DNA from: Eledone cirrhosa
Taxonomy: Eukaryota
NCBI GenBank assembly: GCA_964016885.1
Contig: OZ024740.1
Coordinates: 210,118,001 to 210,182,000, forward strand
Reading direction: 5' to 3'
DNA: 64,000 bases
The notes below the pieces were generated by a model. That model was not told the origin of the DNA and ran no database searches. It saw only the letters and a list, made by a program, of their open reading frames with translations. Positions 12,879-25,921 of this stretch are shown one piece after another; within the stretch, counting starts at the first letter, position 1; every line of letters starts with the position of its first letter. Both the position numbers and the translations under genes were made by a program.

Positions 12879-13336
12879 ATGGTGGCTGCCAACTCGTTTT
12901 CGAGTACGGCCACTACTTTATATCCATGTAGGAGAACCCCTACCGATGCGCTGAACGAGTCTGACTTTTTAGTCCAGCCAGCGACTTGAAAACTCTGGTA
13001 CAAACACTACACTTGTGACAATTATTGACACATAGTGCTGGGCCCATGGTACCATGTGACGACAAATGCAGAGAGATCTCCAGATATAAAGCAATGCCTG
13101 TGCCGTGAAGCTTTTATAGTGAGCAAAGGCACTGCACAAAGCCAGTCCCACTCTCTTAACCAAGATGATATTTACCAAAAAGAAGAACAAGTCAACATCA
13201 TTGGATACCATGAGGGTTGCAGGTGTTATATCAGAGTTTTCCTTCTCCTAGAATTCTACCTTGACAAAGGCTAAGGGGTCATCTCTCCCGGTGATTTTGG
13301 ATGGCCATTGACTCTTAAGAGCTCCTTTGCCCTTTG
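12879..13336 (-). mobile_element. Non-autonomous RTE derivative inside (TATG)n
   Basis: RTE-like 5' motif GGAGAAGGAAAACTCTGA and a C2H2-like remnant CHKCSVCTRVFKSLAGLKS; further copies at 31957-32395 and 33191-33508. Confidence 0.75.
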
Positions 13337-14689
13337 ATACATACATACATACATACATACATACATACATACATACATACATACATACATACATACATAC
13401 ATACATACATACATACATGCGTTCGTACATACATATATACATACATGCACATACATGCATACATACAGGCGCGCATACACACATATAATTCATCATTGTT
13501 CATCGTATATTTGCTGACAAACAGTCACAACTATTCATTGCATATTTGTCGACTATCAGACACGATGTAGCATGAAAAGAAACAAAGATTTCTAGCATTG
13601 AAAACAAAGCCACAAGTTATGTGACAGAATACAGTGAATGAAATGTGCATGATTGGTTTCTTCTCTTTGGAGACGATACCAACATCAGTCGCAGATAGAG
13701 TTGAACCTGGTGTCTAAAAAAACTAACTGAATAATGTAAGGCCACATGTCTGTCACTATCAATATTGTAAAAATTAAAAACTACAAATATATAAAATAAG
13801 TTATATATATATCAATTTCAGCCTCGTCCCAGTGATATAGCAACAGCCCTTAACATTCGGGGACAAAGTCACTTTTGGCACCACCATCCAATAATTGTTT
13901 CTACTTTAGGCACAAGGCCAGCAATTACCCAGTGCATTACTGGTACTTTATTTTATCGACCCCGTAAGGATGAAAGGCAAAGTTAACCTCGGAGGGATTT
14001 GAACTCAGACTGTAAAGGGACGTAACTATGCTGGAAAACATGGCGTCCGACCCTCTACCGATACTGCCAATCCACCACCATCCAATAATGATAGTCCAGA
14101 AGAAATTTTGCGTCTCTTCATAACTGTTCTCGGGTGCGCTTGCCCTGCCTCGCACAATCTCGCTATGCCTCGTTTCCTCTTGTAAATATCGAAGCATTTT
14201 AAGACTATCTTTTCAACCTTAATATGTCTCTTTCTACATCTGATATGGATGGCAGTCACAGAGCTCTAAAGAGACGTAATTTAGACGAAAGAAAAATTGT
14301 GTATATTTTATGATGTAAAATTTCCGCGAGTCGATATATTTTGAGAAACACTCGTTGGGTGTAAGTGATTAAAATAGACGGGGATAAATTCTTTGAAGTT
14401 AATTGAAGGACACGACATTTTTTAGTAAAGAGGAATGCTCTGATCAAATATATAAACATGTTTATAAATACATCAGGACATTCACTTGTATTCACTTCTT
14501 CCGATCAACAAATTTCTGGAAAATGGTGTCATTCAGCCAATGATCTTTATAAAATCATGACCAATATACATCAACATTAATCATATTTTCTATAAATATG
14601 TAAAGGTTGTAGAGGTGAGGAATAATAGAAGAGAAGCAGGAAATACTAGAGGGAGGAATGGAAGAGAGAGATAGATATTGTAGCTACAT

Positions 14690-14723
<34 letters not shown>

Positions 14724-15029
14724 GTAATGATAATAATACTGAGGGCTACAGAGAATGAGTGAGGGAGGATAAGTGGAAGAGAAATTAGAGAAAAGGGGAA
14801 AGTTGGAAGGAGAGAGGGGGTGGGGGTGAATAATGATAGTAATAGATATGGCTTCAGAGAATAGGAGAGAGGGAGATGAGTGAGGGAGCTTAGATGGTAT
14901 CAAAGAGGTTGGGGAGAATCAGATAAAGACTTAATAGAGACATATTGGATTGGTAATCCAAGAGTAGATATATAATATACCCACCCCCCTCAGTCTTCAT
15001 CACTGCCATCATTTTAACGTTAGTTTTGC

Positions 15030-15480
15030 AATGCTTGCCCTTTGCCCTCATTCGTGAAGCTAAAACCCCCGAAATCTGTCTTTACTACTTTGTCCAATGC
15101 TTTCCAGAGTCTACCACATCCACAGAGTCCATCCACTTCGAGTGCCCTGCGTTCCTTTATAGAGCTGTCATCTTCCATACAAAACCCATGCTCGTACTAG
15201 TGCAGTCATCTCTCTTGCCTATTACAACAGATTCCACTTATGTGTTTTTAAACTCATTATTGTTTCGTCGTTCATGTATACCACCAGTACACATCTATCA
15301 GAGCATATTCGCTTTATTTCTTTCTGATCTTCGCAAATCTTCTGCATCCAAAGCATACGTTTCACTACTCTGCAACACTGCACTCCGTACACAAACATCA
15401 TACAGAGAAACCCTTTGTAACCAGTAGAGGTAATAGCTCCCTGAACTTTTCCAAACCGTTCTTACTCTATCTGCTATGCT
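15030..15480 (-). mobile_element. Degenerate RTE-like LINE fragment
   Basis: Minus-strand translation includes LYDVCVRSAVLQSSETYA. Confidence 0.6.
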
Positions 15481-15915
15481 TTAGGAACACTAAAATCCGC
15501 TGTTAATTAGGTAACCTCGTTAAGAGAAGCTAATAACTTCTATGGAGCCGTTCAGACGTTTGAGAGAATATATTTCTCGTGTGCTATTTTTGCGCACTGC
15601 TTCGGAGTCATCTCAGTTGTCCTGCATGCGATCACACTACATGTCCTTTGCGTCCATAGTTAACATTGGGTACACCATACAGAATTCATAAACACTTCTT
15701 TTCTGCGTATCAAGCACAGCCATTTTCTTTATGTTGTCCGGGTTGTGTCTTCTTTGCTACTTACCAAAATTGGAGTCTGTTAAGTTTACTTTGAGGCCTT
15801 TCGATTCCAGGTTTTGCCCCAATGTCTGGAATTTCTTCTCTAAATCTACTACAGATTCAACTATAAGAACTAGGCCATTCCCGTATAGGATTTTCTGCGG
15901 GCATTGCATACAATA

Positions 15916-15960
<45 letters not shown>

Positions 15961-15965
<5 letters not shown>

Positions 15966-16350
15966 TAAAGTTAGTCCTTCATCAGTGATCTTCCAACCAT
16001 CATTGGTATTTCATCGCTTTAAAGACCATATACCTCCGGTTGGTGCGAGCAACGGCTAAAAAAAGTCGTTGGGACACGTAAATAAAGGGGACACGAGAGT
16101 GTAAACAAATAAAGATGGTGAAGCATTGACTCTTTCTTCCTCACTTTTCGTTGCTTCACCATCTTTGTTTGTTTACACTCTCGTGTCCCCTTTATTTACG
16201 TGTCCCAACGACTTTTTTTAGCCGTTGCTCGCACCAACCGGAGGTATATGGTCTTTAAAGCGATGAAATACCAATGATGGTTGGAAGATTACTGATGAAG
16301 AACTAACTTTATTCATATGTAACCCATTAGCAACCACGCAGCACGTTTAT

Positions 16351-16354
<4 letters not shown>
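15961..16354 (+). mobile_element. Fold-back element family C in (TA)n
   Basis: Near-identical arms 15961-16125 and 16152-16316 plus a tail; tail homologues at 22741-22810 (+) and 30558-30630 (-). Confidence 0.85.
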
Positions 16355-16400
<46 letters not shown>

Positions 16401-16402
<2 letters not shown>

Positions 16403-16673
16403 TAGCTGAGCTACCCGGTGATTCCCAGGTATTTTATTAAAGTTACAATATTTAACAATTGAAATATGATTGCTGAATTTTAACTAAAGTAGGAATTATA
16501 GCAGAATATTTATTGCCGTTTGTTTAAAGCAAATGATGTGGATAAAAATATTAATTAACCAGTCCTGTTCCTAAATATTAGCTTAACATGTGTGTACAGT
16601 TTCAGCAGGATCGGATCGATGGTTTAGACGCCAACTGGTTACACACAGACAGACAGAAATTGCCATTTATATA

Positions 16674-16677
<4 letters not shown>
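16401..16677 (+). mobile_element. Non-autonomous Helitron/Helentron-like element
   Basis: Starts ACTAGCTG…CCCGG and ends (GACA)n…TTTATATAGTAT. Confidence 0.55.
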
Positions 16678-16732
<55 letters not shown>

Positions 16733-16737
<5 letters not shown>

Positions 16738-16941
16738 AGTGTAATTTTCTACACAAAACGAAGGTTATAGAGAAAATTGAGGTTGGTAATGGCACATGGA
16801 ATATATAAGAGACAGAATACTTTTTTGTGAAAAAACATATAATTTTATAAGGTAAGGAAATAATAAAGGGTATAAAAATATGTTTTTTCACAAAAAAGTA
16901 TTCTGTCTCTTATATATTCCATGTGCCATTACCAACCTCAA

Positions 16942-16949
<8 letters not shown>
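16733..16949 (-). mobile_element. Fold-back element between microsatellites
   Basis: Arms 16769-16840 and 16878-16949; no HHR seen. Confidence 0.8.
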
Positions 16950-17036
<87 letters not shown>

Positions 17037-17398
17037 CATACTTATACACACACACACACACACATGCATATATATATATGCGTATGAACAAGAAATGTAT
17101 GGTAATTCTTCTATGAGTGAATAAATATTTAGGTATTATAATACATTAAATTATGAAGCCATCAGGCGTATTAATGTCGCAAAACAATCCCACATATGTG
17201 TGATTTCTGCGCAGTGATTCTCATATGACCTTAAACTAAATACAATGCTTCTCTTCTCTGTAGCAAATAAACCCGTGCATTGCCCCCGCTATTTTGTTTA
17301 CACTACTGAGCTTGTCCTCATTGACTGAAACCTAATATGTTCGGAAATACTTATTTTGTGACAAATTTTCTTATCTCAAGTTTATTTACCGTTTGACA

Positions 17399-17434
<36 letters not shown>

Positions 17435-17471
17435 CATGTCAAACGGTAAATAAACTTGAGATAAGAAAATT

Positions 17472-17584
17472 AAAGAATCGCTGCTTTCACCCTTAACGGG
17501 ATCTTCTGAAACTCCGGAGTTTCTGAAGATCCCGTTAAGGGTGAAAGCAGCGATTCTTTGCTTAAACTTTAATCTGTTATTTTA

Positions 17585-17620
<36 letters not shown>

Positions 17621-17852
17621 TAAAATAACAGATTAAAGTTTAAGCAAAGAATCGCTGCTTTCACCCTTAACGGGATCTTCAGAAACTCTGGAGTTTCAGA
17701 AGATCCCGTTAAGGGTGAAAGCAGCGATTCTTTGCTTAAACTTAATCTGTTATTTTAATAAATATTTACTCTACGGTTCTTATATATTTGATATATATTT
17801 ATCCTTATCGAGCCCTCTTTGGATTTTAGTCTTCAAATTTATTATTATTACT
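17472..17852. mobile_element. Nested double fold-back of HHR family B (4 HHR units)
   Basis: HHRs at 17518-17568 (+, CTGAAGA), 17637-17687 (-, CTGAAGA), 17692-17742 (+, CAGAAGA) and a partial at 17472-17513 (-). Confidence 0.85.
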
Positions 17853-17892
17853 ATATATATATATAGATATATATACACATACATATATATAT

Positions 17893-17963
<71 letters not shown>

Positions 17964-17966
<3 letters not shown>

Positions 17967-18040
17967 AAGGCGGGTAAAATTCCCGAGATCCATGGACGAG
18001 TTCTCTCCAGCGGTCTCTGTCCCTCATTATCGCTGCCATT
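17964..18040 (-). mobile_element. RTE LINE extreme 3' end abutting (TA)n
   Basis: Reverse-complement match to 26440-26516. Confidence 0.8.
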
Positions 18041-18313
18041 ATAGTATAGTATAAATGGCCTTGTGCCTAAAGTAGAAACAATTATAGTATAGTATTAGTA
18101 GTAGTCCATAACTATATGTATGTTTATATAGTTATATATAATGGTGTGATATGGAGCATGTTCATATGTTTGTAGATATGTCTTTAGACATGTGTGAATA
18201 TCAATTCGTGCCTACCATTCCCTTTAGACATGTGTATATATCATTTACCATCGTGTGACGTGATGTATACTGTATATATGTCAATGTGCGTATATAATTT
18301 TATCTAAATATTA

Positions 18314-18354
<41 letters not shown>

Positions 18355-18899
18355 TAAACGGAAAAGAAAATGCTGACAAATTGTTCACAGTGAAAAATAG
18401 TTTAATTAGGAATAAGTGAAAATTAGTAATAGTATTGGTTAGTATTCAGTTTTGGTTTTAAGTTTTACTGGTTGTGCATTTCTAATGCTTTTCAAAAATA
18501 ATTTTGAGATAGAGCGCCCGTGATGTTTGCTCTCTCTATATATATGTGTGTGTGTATGTGTGCGTGTGTTTATCCACTTATCATCTCAATATATAAATGT
18601 GAACCTATGCATGTTTCAAGTTCTAGGTCATAGTTCTGCAACTAGGTTGCTAAAATTTTGCATTGAAGCAATGCTGCATAGTATGTATTACCTTTTCTAA
18701 AACACATTATTTTCGCTCCTAATAGGAAATTTAAGAATATTTTACGCCCCCAAGCACTCTAAGAGACACTGGAAACAATCACCGATTAGAAAAATAATCC
18801 ATTATAGAAATTATGTAAATTAGAATAGTATTATGAAAAAGAAAGAAAGGAAAATATTTTCACAAGTGATGGAAGGCATGAGGCTGAATTAAATATAAG

Positions 18900-19340
18900 A
18901 ATTACTGGAGCTGATGCTGTAACACACCAATTTCATCACTCAGTTAGCAGAAGTTGGGACATAGGTGTAAAAGCCGAACTCTCTATCTACAATTCGTGCC
19001 TACCCTTACCTATTATCAAGAATCTTGGGTAATGACCGAAAGAATACGATTGCGAATACAAGCGGTCGAAATGGAGTTCCCCCGAAGGGTCTTTGGAGTA
19101 TCGTTACTCGATAGGGTACGTAGCTCGGAGATCAATGAGTCGTTTTAGGTAGCACTGCTCATTCTCCGCATAGAGAGATCACAGCTTCCGTACTACGGAT
19201 ATGTGCTTTAAATGTCCAAAGAGAGAATCACTGGACCGATTTTACGGGCACAGATAGACCTCTACCAAGATGGTTTGATAACATTCATGAGTTCGGTTGG
19301 CCTCACTTTGGGGATCCAGCCGGAACCTTAGTCGATTGTT
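18900..19340 (+). mobile_element. RTE LINE 3' fragment
   Basis: PTLTYYQESWVMTERIRLRIQAVEMEFPRRVFGVSLLDRVRS. Confidence 0.8.
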
Positions 19341-20122
19341 CTCGGACGACATCTATTTTGTACTATACTTTTCACCGTGGAAACCAAAACAATTTCTCGC
19401 GACACAATCGTTTCAGATTTTAGATTGTTAAATACAACTCTGATAAGAGCCTTCTATGAAACTTTACAACTTAATACTGGATATTATCTCCAGTTTGAGT
19501 CAGGTAAACCTAAGTGACGATACGAACTCACGACATATGGATTTAGAGATTGATATCCTATCCTTGAATGCTTTGCAGTATTTATTTCAGCTCCCTACGC
19601 TCACATCCCGCCGTATTCAACTTTGTTTTTCATCTGAGGACGATAAAATGTACCGCTCCTGTACTGAGGTCGATACTTTCCTATATATCTTCCTCCCTTC
19701 ATCTCGTATATTTATTTATTTATCTATCTATCTATCTTTTTCTCCTCTTCTTCTTTTTCTTCTTCAGAAGAAATCGGCTGGGCTCAGACTCGTAGAGGAT
19801 AATAAACACGAACAAAATGCGCACAAAAATCTTGTTGTTCTCAGTCTTAATATCCATATAACATAATTTCAACTTAAATCTAAGCACCTTGCTTCATGTA
19901 GAGGTTTATCTGGTTCCATCTCTAGTCAGACTGGTCACTGTTATTCACATTTAACAAAAATTCCCTCTAGTTAGGCTTATTCTTTTCTCTACACAACATT
20001 CTTAGATTGCCATAAGGAATATATTAGAGAAACATGAGTCATTCTCCGGGATTTAAATGTAATCATCTTTTTTCGTAAGTGTTACTAAGAATAGGATCAC
20101 CACTTGTCATTTTCTTTTACAG

Positions 20123-20207
20123 AAGGACGCCAGAAAAATGATTTCTACTGCTGATAATGTGACTGTTCCCAGCAACGGCCCCTCAACAAACTTGCACAGA
20201 CTAATAG
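20123..20207 (+). CDS. Candidate 85-bp exon
   Basis: Acceptor CATTTTCTTTTACAG and donor AG|GTAAAG; one open frame KDARKMISTADNVTVPSNGPSTNLHRLI. Confidence 0.3.
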
Positions 20208-21539
20208 GTAAAGGAAAGTGAACGAAAACTAAGATAACTGCTTCCATTTCATATTCAGACAGGACACGCTCTGTTGAAGGGTTTCATGTACTTATAGAAT
20301 AAATAATTGTTTCTACTTTTGGCACAAGGCCAGCAATTACTCCAGTGCATTACTGGTACTTTATTTTATCGACCCCGTAAGGATGAAAGGCAAAGTTAAC
20401 CTTGGCGGGATTTGAACTCAGACCATAAAGGGCCGTAACTCTTTGCTGCAAAGCATGGCGTCAGACCCTCTACCGATACTGCCAATCCACTGCCTTATAG
20501 AATAAATAATTGTTTCTACTTTTGGCACAAGGCCAGCAAATTACCCAGTGCATTACTGGTACTTTATTTTATCGATTCCGTAAGGATGAAAGGTAAAGTT
20601 AACCTCGGCGGGATTTGAACTCAGAATGGCAAGGGCCGTAACTCTATGCGCCAAAGCATGGCGTCCGACCCTCTACCGATACTGCCAATCCACCAAATAA
20701 TATTGGCAAGGCAGTCTCAGATCAACCTCATTTTTAGTGTATTAGCTCAAGGATAAAATAAGCCAGAACTAAGATATTAAAAGTGCCAAATTAACAATTT
20801 CCGAGCTATGAACTACTATAAATGCTCTCAAAACCAAGAACACAAAATACAAAACACAGAACACTATACAATACTTAGCAGCAAATGAACCTATTGTCTT
20901 TGTAGGCTCAGACATTATTAAAACTGTGACACAGATACAAAAGATGATTTAGATAGAGATCCCGACGACATAGTTGGATGGAAACAGTTATGAAATCGTA
21001 CAAATACATCACCAAATTATTGTATTCTGTATTCGTGTGTGAAGAATTAATGTCAGCACTGTATATCACCGATCACTTGTGTTTATAGTTAACTCGGCAC
21101 TCCACTACCAAATATTTCATATTTTTGTTCTTAGCTACTTTACTGTCAGGTAAAATTGGGTATTATGCCTCGGCCAGAATGTGTTGAATCGGTTTAAATA
21201 TTGTACACTTCTTCATATATATATATTTCATTTCATTTTACGTCCACTTTTCCCTGCAAGCAAGGGTGGGACGGGAACTGATTCTGGCTTGATTTCTACA
21301 GCTGGATGCTCTTCCTAACACCAACCTCATTTACAGTGAGTCCTGGGTGCTTTTTTGCCGTGGCACCTCCACGACCACTTTGCAGTGGAATGATAGGGAC
21401 CCTAGTCCCTATCATCTCATTTCTACAGCTGAGTAAACTGGAGCAATGTGAAATAAAGTGTCTTGCTCAAGGAAACAACACATCACCTGGTCTGAGAATT
21501 GAAGTCACAACCTTTCGATTGCAAGGCCAATGCTCTAAC

Positions 21540-21642
<103 letters not shown>

Positions 21643-21650
21643 GAGAGAGA

Positions 21651-21914
<264 letters not shown>

Positions 21915-22033
21915 TATGTAGATAAATCTACCAAAATATACGGTAGTGTCCAAGATAAATTAATAAAAACAATGAATAAAAAAAGCAATGAATAAAAACA
22001 AAGAACAAGTTCCTTATATTAAAAAATTCATCA

Positions 22034-22157
22034 TTTTACGATCGTTTCTAAGATGTATATGTGTGTTGGTATGTATATCATATAGATCTATGTAAAAATA
22101 TTACAAACTATCAGAGGAAATATACATACCTTCACATATACATGCTGTCTTCAGAAA
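22034..22157 (-). ncRNA. Type I HHR with a very long stem II
   Basis: TTT-CTGAAGA-[ATGTATATGTG/CACATATACAT and GGTATGTATAT/ATATACATACC helices]-GAAA-CGATCG-TA-AAA. Confidence 0.65.
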
Positions 22158-22831
22158 AAAAAAAAAAATATATATATATATATATACATTATCGATACAT
22201 ATTTTATATTAAACCTAAAATTAACTTATATATATATAAGTTAATTTTAGGTTTAATCAATACACATAAAATATGTATCGATAATGTTTCTCAGTAAAAA
22301 GCTCAATAAACCTCTGTTCAAAGCATCTATAATATATTATATTTGTACACGATATATACGGGGACATATAAATTGAGAAACAAACTATGTAGAATTAAAT
22401 ACAAATTTAAAAACATATTCTTAGAATAGTGGTGTACTTACATAAAGATTATGCTGCAATTACTTCCATAGACACACGTACACATATATATATATAAACA
22501 CGCACATATATTATATTATATTATATTATACGGTGGATTGGCAGTATCGGTAGAGGGTCGGACGTCCCTTTACGATCTGAGTTCAAATCCCACCGAGGTT
22601 GACTTTGCCTTTCATCCTTACGGGGTCGATAAAATAAAGTACCAGTAATGCACTGGGTAATTGCTGGCCTTGTGCCTAAAGTAGAAACAATTAATTTCTC
22701 TATTTTCATTTATATATGTATATATATATATATATCAAATCACTGACGAAGGACTATTTTTATCATATGTAACCCATGTGCAACCACGCAGTATTCTTCT
22801 TTCTTCTCATGTTTTATATATATATATATAT

Positions 22832-23038
22832 ATAGGAACGAGTAGGACCCCGACGGCTGAGCTCAAGCCGTTTCGACGGCTAATTCTGGACTAAATTTAG
22901 TCCAGAATTAGCCGTCGAAACGGCTTGAGCTCAGCCGTCGCGGCCCTACTCGTTCCTATTACCCACTCTACTACCCTAAGTATTGAGTACTTTGGTGCGT
23001 TATGGTTCACCTGGTTCCTTACCACATTCCCTTCGTTA
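22832..23038 (+). mobile_element. Fold-back family D carrying the 3' half of an HHR
   Basis: Palindrome centred at 22895/22896; GAAA-CGGCT-TGAGCTC-AGCCG-TC; copies at 25682-25889, 40497-40556 and 50405-50639. Confidence 0.8.
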
Positions 23039-23507
23039 TATATATATATATATATTTTATATGATATTATATCATATATATTTACATAAAGGCAGGCAAG
23101 TTTGGCCCCAAACTAACAATATCAGACATGTGATACGACTACTCGACACATTACACCATTTCTTGTCGCTTACCAACCATACGATCTATTGTGATTCCTT
23201 ATTTCAGTAGCAAGACAATATTTCAAAGTAGTCACCTATGTATAGTACGTTATATTGTTTTGTTTAGAAAAAAATGCTAACATTATCTGGTGTCTGTCTG
23301 AAGTTAATTAGCATAACAGTTAATTAGCATAATACCTTAAACTAAGAAGAGTAAAAACTGCTTCCAGATGCAACATGACACAAATACATGCAGACATACA
23401 TATATGGGCATTCATATGTTCGTTATCAATTTCACAAGTTCTCAAAGTATCACATTAAATTGGTTTATAAACGACTTATTTTAACACGCACTCATACTTT
23501 TATTACT

Positions 23508-23554
<47 letters not shown>

Positions 23555-23562
<8 letters not shown>

Positions 23563-23748
23563 TGAGATTCTACAGGACTAGAACTGTTTCATTCTTTAGA
23601 AATCATCAGGAATCTCGATTCCTGATGATTTCTAAAGAATGAAACAGTTCTAGTCCTGTAGAATCTCATCTATATTAAAACTTTTATACTCTGCAATGTA
23701 TTGAGTACCTTACTTACTGTGGTTACCTCCGATTCAACCCGGAATAAC

Positions 23749-23750
<2 letters not shown>
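23555..23750. mobile_element. HHR family A fold-back with two intact back-to-back HHRs
   Basis: Plus strand 23617-23665: GATTC-CTGATGA-TTTCTAAAGAAT-GAAA-CAG-TTCTAGTC-CTG-TA-GAATC; minus-strand copy at 23564-23616. Confidence 0.88.
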
Positions 23751-23832
<82 letters not shown>

Positions 23833-24248
23833 GGTTGGCTGTGTAGTTGCTAATTAAGGTAGGCTTAAAAATAAGAATAAGAAGAAAGCAAGAACGTGGG
23901 GGAGGGGGGAGTCCTCATCATTGTCTACTGGGGTGTCTCGGATATTTCAACGCTTTAAACACAATATATCTACCCCCAGAGCGTCCAAAGGTAAGTTATT
24001 GGGAAAACGGAGGAGGGAGGGAAGGAAAATAGAAGGGAAAAGGGAAAAAGGGAACAAAAGAGAAAAACACCGAAAAAAACAACAACAACCCGAAGAATGT
24101 GCGATATATATATATATATATACACATACATACATATATACCGTATATATTCGAATATAAGTCGACCCCACATTTTAGCATCGATCTTTTGCTTGTATTC
24201 ATAGGCTTATATTCGGATATATATATATATATATATATATAAATTCGG

Positions 24249-24334
<86 letters not shown>

Positions 24335-24416
24335 AAAGTAAACAGAAATAACAGAGCAAAGACACAGAAAAATGAAAAAATATATTAGTTTAACGTTTCA
24401 TATAGTAGGAAAAGAG

Positions 24417-24452
24417 TCTTAACGTTTCGGACGCTAGTCCTTTACCGGAAGA
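24417..24452 (-). ncRNA. Degenerate minimal HHR
   Basis: TCTT-CCGGTAA-A-GGAC-TAGC-GTCC-GAAA-CG-TT-AAGA; the core is mutated. Confidence 0.55.
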
Positions 24453-24640
24453 TAGAGAAATAAAAGATGAAATAGTAAGTTAGAGAGTGCGAAGAGCAAA
24501 TTTCACCTGCATCCAGTCAACCATTTTGGAGAAAAGAAATGTATGTGTGTGTCTGGTTGTGTGTGTGTGTTTCAAGAGTATAACCACTACATATATAATT
24601 TGAATACAAGGATGTATGTACGTATGTATGAATGTATGTA

Positions 24641-24739
<99 letters not shown>

Positions 24740-25057
24740 ATCTCTCTCTCTCTCTCTCTCTCTCTTTATGTATATATATATATATATATATATATAAAAA
24801 GAGAGAGTGAGAGAGAGAGAAAGAGAGAGAGAGATACATACATTCATACATACGTACATACGTACATACGTACATACATCCTTGTATTCAAATTATAATG
24901 CTTTATGTAAGTACCAGAGCAAAATTTAATGTATAATAAACAATACAATATATATATATATATTGTATTGTTTATTATACATTAAATTTTCCTCTGGTAC
25001 TTACATAGAGCACTCTTCACTCCTATGACTTTTTCAATTTTCAACGGAAACTTCAAT

Positions 25058-25088
<31 letters not shown>

Positions 25089-25519
25089 AAGGATCGATCG
25101 ACTTTCGTCAAATCGGACCGAGGAAACAATGTTTCCGTCGGTCTTTCCAGTTGCTAGTACTATCTATTGGTCGCAACTCCAGGTAGAAGGAGCAACGTGA
25201 AATAAAGTGTCTTGCTCAAGGACATAACGCATCGCCCGGTCCAGGAATCGAATTCACAATCTCAAGATTGTGAATCCAATTCTCTAACCACTCCGCCACA
25301 CGCCTGGCGTGTGGCTGAGTGGTTAGGGAATTGGATTCGCAATCGTAGGGTTGTGAGTTCGATTCCTGGACCAGGTGATGCGTTATGTCTTTGAGCAAGA
25401 CACTTTATTTCACGTTGCTCCTTCTACCTGGAGTTGCGACCGATAGATAGTATTAGCAATTGGAAAGACCAACGGAAACATTGTTCCCTCGGTCCGATTT
25501 GACGAAAGTCGATCGTTCC

Positions 25520-25521
<2 letters not shown>
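25089..25521. mobile_element. Head-to-head palindrome of a CORE-like tRNA SINE in (TA)n
   Basis: Centre at 25305; each arm has GGCGTGTGGC…GAGTGGTTAG…GTTCGATTCC and CTTGAGCAAGACACTT-like motifs. Confidence 0.88.
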
Positions 25522-25566
<45 letters not shown>

Positions 25567-25884
25567 GACGTAAAATAAGAAAATTATAAAAATTACTAAG
25601 ACAAAACCTATATATTTGCTAGCATAGGTATGCATCTGTATATATATGTTGGTAGATATACTAATTCTTTATATATATATATAACGAAGGAGTTGTGGTA
25701 AGGAACCAGACAGACCATAACGCACCAGAGTACACAATACTTAGGGTAGTAGAGTGGGTAATAGGAATATGTATGACCCCGACGGCAGAGCTCAAGCCGT
25801 TTCGACGGCTATTTGTGGACACTATTTGCGTCCAGAAATAGCCGTCGAAACGGCTTGAGCTCTGCCGTCGGGGTCATACATTTT

Positions 25885-25917
<33 letters not shown>

Positions 25918-25921
<4 letters not shown>

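Noticed and set aside
12969-13274. ORFs conserved at three loci
   Set aside because: Conservation reflects repeat copies, not a gene family
16262-16300. Permuted (type II) HHR in family C
   Set aside because: No A15.1-U16.1 pair or UH site, and no stem I or stem II closure
15961-16316. Fold-backs as assembly artefacts or as TIR MITEs
   Set aside because: Arms differ by substitutions, the same families recur with different turn points, and one arm has an unpaired tail; long-read confirmation is still advisable
18465-18505. TTGAAAA…GAAA-TGCA HHR-like string on the minus strand
   Set aside because: No stem I, no stem II and no UH site
25306-25375. tRNA gene
   Set aside because: SINE head continuing into a CORE-like body; no convincing cloverleaf
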